DNA of 24,700 nt from a virus (Duplodnaviria > Caudoviricetes), in the IMG/VR virus record IMGVR_UViG_3300034061_006082, positions 1 through 24,700 of that record. One strand, 5' to 3'. The notes under the pieces are model-generated. The model did no database searches, was not told the DNA's origin, and saw only the letters and a list, made by a program, of their open reading frames with translations. Each line of letters begins with the position of its first letter. Position 1 is the stretch's first letter. The translations under genes were made by a program, and so were the position numbers. Below are positions 19,769-24,700 of this stretch, one piece after another.

Positions 19769-20227
19769 TTAAATATTAAGTATTATAAAATCTTGAGACT
19801 CAAAGGCCGAGTCTGTGACTCTGTAATCAATTTTTATTCTGGCAGTGTGTTCTAATGTTGCAATATTAGTAACTTTAAATTCTCGTTCACCATTTTGATT
19901 AACAGTGAATCCTTTGTCTTCTAATCCCGTAGAAGCATCTTCAACCGTTATATTTGTAACTTGTAAATTTGGCATGTAGTTTCTTACAGTATCTCTAATT
20001 TCATTTTCTATATCAGAAAATGTTGGACCATCTAATGGTTCGAATATATATTCATACAATCTTGTACCAAAATCAGGTAAAAAATATCTACTACCTTTTC
20101 TAGTTAACAATAGGTGTACAAGATTTGCTCTGATTTCACCTTCCGTACTATTAGTAACATCAAGGTATCTTCCTGTAAAAGAATCTACAAAAGGGAACGC
20201 AATTCCATAAGTTATACCATTAGCCAT
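19769..20227 (-). CDS. Baseplate wedge/sheath initiator, T4 gp25 / GPW-like
   Basis: 152 aa. GIAFPF...IRANLVHLLLTRKGSRYFLPDFGTRLYEYIFEP...IRDTVRNYMP is the classic GPW_gp25 pattern. Confidence 0.92.
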   Translation of the reverse strand: MANGITYGIAFPFVDSFTGRYLDVTNSTEGEIRANLVHLLLTRKGSRYFLPDFGTRLYEYIFEPLDGPTFSDIENEIRDTVRNYMPNLQVTNITVEDASTGLEDKGFTVNQNGEREFKVTNIATLEHTARIKIDYRVTDSAFESQDFIILNI

Positions 20228-20234
20228 ATCACAT

Positions 20235-20241
20235 ATAAATA
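20235..20241 (-). promoter_or_regulatory. TATTTAT motif, candidate late promoter at the head of the structural block
   Basis: Minus strand reads GTTATATTTATATGTGAT-ATG, with the motif 7 nt upstream of the gp25 start and just downstream of the nrdA terminator. Confidence 0.55.
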
Positions 20242-20262
20242 TAACTTACACTTTTTTTAAGT

Positions 20263-20292
20263 AAAAAAAAATCACTGATTTCTCAGTGATTT
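20263..20292 (-). terminator. Rho-independent terminator after nrdA
   Basis: Perfect 10-bp stem AAATCACTGA-tttc-TCAGTGATTT (20269-20292). The + strand A-run gives a U-tract on the minus strand, and the stem begins 5 nt after the nrdA stop. Confidence 0.85.
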
Positions 20293-20297
20293 AAAAT

Positions 20298-22727
20298 TTA
20301 TGATGAACATCCAAAACATTCAAAGTCAGAACTCTCAGGTCTTGGTGGTAAATTCAAGTGAGAATAATCAACTTTTGGTGGTTCAGGAGTTGCTTTTGGT
20401 TTTTGTTTTTTGGACATATCCAACGCTAAATGTTTCGCTCCTGTTGATATCGCTTTTGTTCTAACATAATAACAAAGAGTCTTTAATCCTTTTTCCCAAG
20501 AGTGGAAATGTGATGAAGTAATCTTTGATAATGTTGGGTTTGACATATAAATGTTCATTGATTGTGATTGATCAATGAATGGTGCTCTATCTGCCGCCAT
20601 ATCAATAAGTTCTCTTTGTGAGATCTCCCAAATAGTTTTATACTTAGGAATTAAATGTTCAATTCGTTTAACTTTCTTATTGTAATTTTTATCTTCAGGA
20701 TCCAAATAGTTGTTAAAATTAATATTTTGAACTGATCCTTCGTTTATAATTATTTCATTTTTCAAGTCTTCGCACCAAATTCCAATTTTTTCAAAATCAT
20801 TAATTAAGTATTTGTTTACTATCATGATTTCCCCACCAACAACTCTTCTATTAAAAATAGCCGAGTGAGCCGGTTCTGTCATTTCATATGAACCTGTAAT
20901 CTTAGCTGAAGACGCAACTGGCATTTGAGCTGTAAATAATGAGTTACAAACACCGTAATCGGCTACACTCTTTTTAAGTTTACTCCAATCCCACATTCCT
21001 GAAAGTTGCGTTTCGTCTAATCCCCACATATCAAATTGGAATACTCCTTGCGACATTGGTGACCCTTTAAAGAACTTATATTGTTCGTACTTACCATTCA
21101 TACACAATTGATTACTTTCGTAGATTGCTGCGTAATAGATTGTCTCAAAAATGTTTTTATTAAGTTTTTTAGCTTCTTCAGATGTGAAAATATAATCCAT
21201 CAAATAGAATACATCTGCCAATCCCTGAGTCCCAATTGCAATTGCTCTTTGTTCTAAACCACCTTTCAAACCTTTTTGAGTTGAGTAGTTGTTAATGTCA
21301 ACAACTTTATTCAATGATCTAACAACCTTTCTAACTTCCGTGAATAACAATTCAAAATCAAATTTACCACTTTGAATGAAGTTCTTTAATACCATTGAAG
21401 ATAGTGTACAAATTGCTGTAGTTTCCTCATCAGTATATTGATAAATTTCATTACAAAGATTTGATTGTTTGATCACACCGATGTTTTGATGATTAGTTTT
21501 TCTGTTGGCACTATCTTTAGAACATAAGTAAGGAACACCAGTCTCAACTTGAGATTCTATCACTTTAGACCAAATGTCTTGAGCTTTTACTTTTTTACCC
21601 AACCCCATAGTTACCGCAGTATTATAAACCGCCTCGTATTCGTCACCATAACATTCTTGTAATGGTTTCAATCCCGCCTTTACAATGTCATTAGGACAGA
21701 ACAAATACCAATCATCGTTATTTTTAACCGCGTTCATGAAGTTGTCTGGAATCCAAAGTGCGGTAAATAAATCACGAGCTCTCAATTCTTCAGCACCTGT
21801 ATTCTTTTTGATATCTAATAGATCAAGAATATCTTTGTGCCAAGGTTCAAGGTAGATAGCAGCACTACCAGGTCTACGACCTTGTTGATTAAAGAATCTA
21901 AGTGACTCATTTACAATCTTCAAGTATTTCAAAAGACCACCAGCATATCCACCTGAAGTAGTGATACGACTTTCTTTACTACGAATATTAGACATAGATA
22001 AACCAATCCCCGCCGCGTCTGATGAGAAAGTTGAGATGTCATTCAATGTATCTAACAAACCTTTTCTTGAATCTGAATTATTGTAGTGAAGTACACAAGA
22101 TGCTAACTGAGGAACTTTTGTTCCTGCATTAATCATGATTGGTGTTGCCTTAGAAATCAACTGATTTGACAATGATTTGTAATACTCAAATGCGTCTGCC
22201 ATATTATCCGTAACCCATAGAGCAACTCTCATATACATGTGTTGTGGTCTTTCAACTACTTTACCGTTTGGTCTTTTTAGTAGATACATTTCCTGTAAAG
22301 ATCTCCAAGCGAAGTAATCGAAGTTATAATCATTATCGTGATTAATTGCCGCATCAATAGTGTCCTCACCATATTCTTTAATTGTTTCAATTAATTTTTC
22401 ATTAATAATACCATCACTATAAAGCAACATCATTGTTTGAGAAAAACTATCATTTGTTTCTTTATGGTATGATGAGATCGCAACACTCGACGCCAATCTA
22501 GAATAGTCGTGGTGACTACCTGTGTAAGAAGCCGCAATTTCGTAAACTAATTTATCAAGTTCCTTAGTTGTAACTTCACCCTCAGTTGGTACCGATGTAA
22601 TCACTTTAATAAAAATCTCGTCCGAATTTACATTCAAACCTTTAGACGCTCGTTTAACTCTATTGTAGATTTTCTGAGGGTTAAACGATACACCCTCTCC
22701 TACTCGTTTATTTATTTTTAATGACAT
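20298..22727 (-). CDS. nrdA: Class Ia ribonucleoside-diphosphate reductase, alpha subunit with N-terminal ATP cone
   Basis: 809 aa. Motifs ERPQHMYMRVA, ATPIMINAGT, QLASCVL, QQGRRPGS, SNLCNEI (thiyl Cys), AICTLSS, MPVASSA, FIDQSQSMN, GLKTLCYYVRT and a C-terminal CFGCSS redox pair. Confidence 0.97.
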   Translation of the reverse strand: MSLKINKRVGEGVSFNPQKIYNRVKRASKGLNVNSDEIFIKVITSVPTEGEVTTKELDKLVYEIAASYTGSHHDYSRLASSVAISSYHKETNDSFSQTMMLLYSDGIINEKLIETIKEYGEDTIDAAINHDNDYNFDYFAWRSLQEMYLLKRPNGKVVERPQHMYMRVALWVTDNMADAFEYYKSLSNQLISKATPIMINAGTKVPQLASCVLHYNNSDSRKGLLDTLNDISTFSSDAAGIGLSMSNIRSKESRITTSGGYAGGLLKYLKIVNESLRFFNQQGRRPGSAAIYLEPWHKDILDLLDIKKNTGAEELRARDLFTALWIPDNFMNAVKNNDDWYLFCPNDIVKAGLKPLQECYGDEYEAVYNTAVTMGLGKKVKAQDIWSKVIESQVETGVPYLCSKDSANRKTNHQNIGVIKQSNLCNEIYQYTDEETTAICTLSSMVLKNFIQSGKFDFELLFTEVRKVVRSLNKVVDINNYSTQKGLKGGLEQRAIAIGTQGLADVFYLMDYIFTSEEAKKLNKNIFETIYYAAIYESNQLCMNGKYEQYKFFKGSPMSQGVFQFDMWGLDETQLSGMWDWSKLKKSVADYGVCNSLFTAQMPVASSAKITGSYEMTEPAHSAIFNRRVVGGEIMIVNKYLINDFEKIGIWCEDLKNEIIINEGSVQNINFNNYLDPEDKNYNKKVKRIEHLIPKYKTIWEISQRELIDMAADRAPFIDQSQSMNIYMSNPTLSKITSSHFHSWEKGLKTLCYYVRTKAISTGAKHLALDMSKKQKPKATPEPPKVDYSHLNLPPRPESSDFECFGCSS

Positions 22728-22736
22728 ATTCTAAAA

Positions 22737-23684
22737 TTAAAAGTCTTCTGTAAATGTTATTGTTTCGTTTAATTTCGCTTTTTGATATTCCATGGTTCTT
22801 GATTCAAAGAAGTTACCTTTTGTTTCAACAGCAATTTGCTCCATAAACTTAAATGGTTGTTCTACATTGAATTCTTTACTACAACCAAATTTAACTAACA
22901 ATCCATCAACAACAAATTCAAGATATTGTTTCATAAGATTAGAATTCATACCAATAAGTGAAACTGGAAGTGATTCAGTGATAAATTCTTTTTCGATTTC
23001 TAATGCCGATAATAGAATCTGTTTAATTCTTTTTTCAGATGGTTTATCTTCCAAGTGATTGTTTAACAAGTGAATTGCAAAATCACAGTGTAGGTTTTCG
23101 TCTTTGAAGATAAGTGAATTTGCGTTACACAATCCTTGCATGATACCTCTTGATTTCATCCAAAAGATAGAACAAAATGAACCTGAAAAGAAAATACCTT
23201 CAACTGCCGCGAACGCAACTAATCTTTCCGCAAATGAAGCATTTTCAATCCAATCTAACGCCCACTTAGCCTTTTTCTGTACTGCGGGTAATCTATCAAT
23301 TGCATTGAAACATTCGTCTTTTTCTTTTGCATTAGATATGTATGTGTCAATCAATAACGAATACATCAATGAGTGTATATTTTCCATCGCTAACTGAAAC
23401 CCATAAAAGAACTTAGCCTCAGGGTACTGAACTTCACGGTAAAAGTTTTCCGCCAAGTTTTCATTGACAATTCCATCAGATGCTGCGAAGAATGATAAAA
23501 CATTCTTAACAAAATATTGTTCATTTTCTGTAAGTTTCTCCCAATCTCTAATATCATTACTCAAATCCACCTCTTCTGCCGTCCAAAATGCCGCTTGGTG
23601 TTGTTTGTAAAATTCCCATATATCATTGTGTTCGATAGGGAATATGACGAACCGACCAGGATTTTCAACTAGTATTTTTTCCAT
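22737..23684 (-). CDS. nrdB: Class Ia ribonucleoside-diphosphate reductase, beta subunit
   Basis: 315 aa. Motifs [30 protein letters not shown] (radical Tyr), [21 protein letters not shown] and a C-terminal ITFTEDF. Confidence 0.97.
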   Translation of the reverse strand: MEKILVENPGRFVIFPIEHNDIWEFYKQHQAAFWTAEEVDLSNDIRDWEKLTENEQYFVKNVLSFFAASDGIVNENLAENFYREVQYPEAKFFYGFQLAMENIHSLMYSLLIDTYISNAKEKDECFNAIDRLPAVQKKAKWALDWIENASFAERLVAFAAVEGIFFSGSFCSIFWMKSRGIMQGLCNANSLIFKDENLHCDFAIHLLNNHLEDKPSEKRIKQILLSALEIEKEFITESLPVSLIGMNSNLMKQYLEFVVDGLLVKFGCSKEFNVEQPFKFMEQIAVETKGNFFESRTMEYQKAKLNETITFTEDF

Positions 23685-23706
23685 TTTATTTAAAATTTAT
23701 TTATTA

Positions 23707-24700
23707 TTAATTTGTTTGTGTTTCCTTTTGTTTTCTTTTTTCAAGAAGTTCACGAACTCGTTGTCTTTGTCTTTCTTCTTTTTGTTCCTCAATACCTAAG
23801 AAAGTCATTGAGCTTTCAGTATCTATTTCAATCATTGCATTATCGAACTTACAGTTTTCAAATACAACACCGTCATCTCCGATACGAGACTTTGTAATTG
23901 CGATCGTAGCTAACTTTAATTCTTTCTGTTGTAAAGTTTTTGCCACAGATATAATAACATGTCCCACTTGTGCCTTTTTAATTGATCCGCCCATTTGATC
24001 TGTTGTCACAACTTCTGAAGATATTGAAGCTCTGTTACCTTGGGTTGCGGTCCAACCCACAAGATTCATTTCGTGACACATCGCCTCAAAAGCTCTCATT
24101 ACGGATCCTTCACTCTTCCATTCATCACCTAAGTTTTTATCAGGTACAATACAATCGATATAATCTAAAACAATCATATCAATCTTGATCCCATCAGATA
24201 CCATTTTTCTAATTTGATTTTTGATTTGCAACATCGTCATTGTATCTGACGGTAACTTTTTCATAATCAACTTGTTTGGCATTGACTCTTCGATTTCTCT
24301 AACTCTAGTCATTACCTCTTCTCTTTTTTCTGACAAATCGTCAGGATGAACCTTAGTCCACAGTGTGAAGTGTTTTCTTTGTATTACCTTTGGGTTGTCC
24401 TCAAAAAATATCTGTAGAACATTAAACCCAAGGTTAAATGCGTGATTCGCCATCTTGGTTAGGACAGTTGATTTACCAACTCCCGTAGGTGCTAAGATAA
24501 CACCAATTTCTCCTTTTGCCAAACCTCCTTTTAATAATCTATCAATACCTGGTATTCCCATAGGAATTGGGTGTCTGTAATCGTCCTCAAGAACTTGTTC
24601 AAGGTTTGAAAATACATCCAGCATTGAGGTATCTTTAGCTCCAACTTGAAGTGCGGATTTAACCAGTTCCTCAAGGGTATCGTAATTTTCAAACTCACCC
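23707..24700 (-). CDS. Replicative DNA helicase, DnaB / T4 gp41-like (SF4); 5' end lies beyond the window
   Basis: Walker A APTGVGKS, IFFED, VLDYIDC, TATQGNR and KSRIG. The frame stays open upstream of the ATG at 24624 (GEFENYDTLEELVKSALQVGAKDTS) to the window edge, so that Met is probably internal. Ends with tandem TAA stops. Confidence 0.9.
   Translation of the reverse strand, partial: GEFENYDTLEELVKSALQVGAKDTSMLDVFSNLEQVLEDDYRHPIPMGIPGIDRLLKGGLAKGEIGVILAPTGVGKSTVLTKMANHAFNLGFNVLQIFFEDNPKVIQRKHFTLWTKVHPDDLSEKREEVMTRVREIEESMPNKLIMKKLPSDTMTMLQIKNQIRKMVSDGIKIDMIVLDYIDCIVPDKNLGDEWKSEGSVMRAFEAMCHEMNLVGWTATQGNRASISSEVVTTDQMGGSIKKAQVGHVIISVAKTLQQKELKLATIAITKSRIGDDGVVFENCKFDNAMIEIDTESSMTFLGIEEQKEERQRQRVRELLEKRKQKETQTN

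Noticed and set aside
17921-20227. Bacterial eCIS, T6SS or tailocin locus
   Set aside because: The gp25/gp6 genes adjoin a gp41-like helicase and RNR in a compact single-strand viral layout. No T6SS/eCIS accessory genes are visible.
20234-20241. Exact T4 late promoter TATAAATA on the + strand
   Set aside because: It points away from the structural genes into the nrdA terminator, with no + strand gene to drive. It is better read as the minus-strand TATTTAT motif.
20298-23684. Eukaryotic giant virus origin suggested by the eukaryote-like RNR
   Set aside because: Contractile-tail baseplate genes, overlapping operonic ORFs, an intrinsic terminator and a DnaB-type helicase indicate a bacteriophage.
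2065-24188. Remaining short plus-strand and alternate-frame ORFs (e.g. 2065-2268, 3212-3469, 8287-8574, 16054-16427, 17836-18027, 22792-23397)
   Set aside because: They lie inside or antisense to long, well-supported genes and have no recognisable motifs. Many lack a credible start.
24-24700. Genome-wide stop-codon reassignment (TAG or TGA)
   Set aside because: The standard code gives near-complete coding density with intact long ORFs. The gp6 TAG falls at a plausible C-terminus and is followed directly by TGA.
20298-24700. Intein, intron or homing endonuclease in nrdA, nrdB or the helicase
   Set aside because: The ORFs are uninterrupted and of normal length, with contiguous catalytic motifs. 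No splice-junction or LAGLIDADG/HNH motifs were seen in the visible part.

Overview
AT-rich, densely coding window in which every credible gene is on the minus strand. It reads as part of a large myovirus-type (contractile-tailed, probably jumbo) phage genome. In transcription order (right to left) there is first a replication/nucleotide block: a DnaB/T4 gp41-like helicase cut by the window edge, nrdB, nrdA (class Ia RNR, eukaryote/Bacteroidota-like) and an intrinsic terminator. A ~20 kb virion baseplate/fibre block follows. It holds a gp25-like and a gp6-like wedge protein, a 1880-aa Cys-rich protein with a long internal hydrophobic segment, four proteins of unknown function (one with a PKD-like domain) and a 995-aa gp7/P2-gpI-like wedge protein. 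It ends with a 986-aa SprB-repeat + Pro/Thr-stalk protein, a 97-aa protein and a proline-free Gly-X-Y fibre with a C1q/BclA-like head. A TATTTAT motif precedes four structural genes and is a candidate late promoter. The lack of Shine-Dalgarno sites and the SprB-like repeats suggest a Bacteroidota host (inference). All family calls come from motif recognition by eye, not database searches. The most interesting items are the possible membrane-inserting giant baseplate protein, the SprB-like adhesin in a virion operon, and a ~100-aa domain shared between that adhesin and the adjacent wedge protein.
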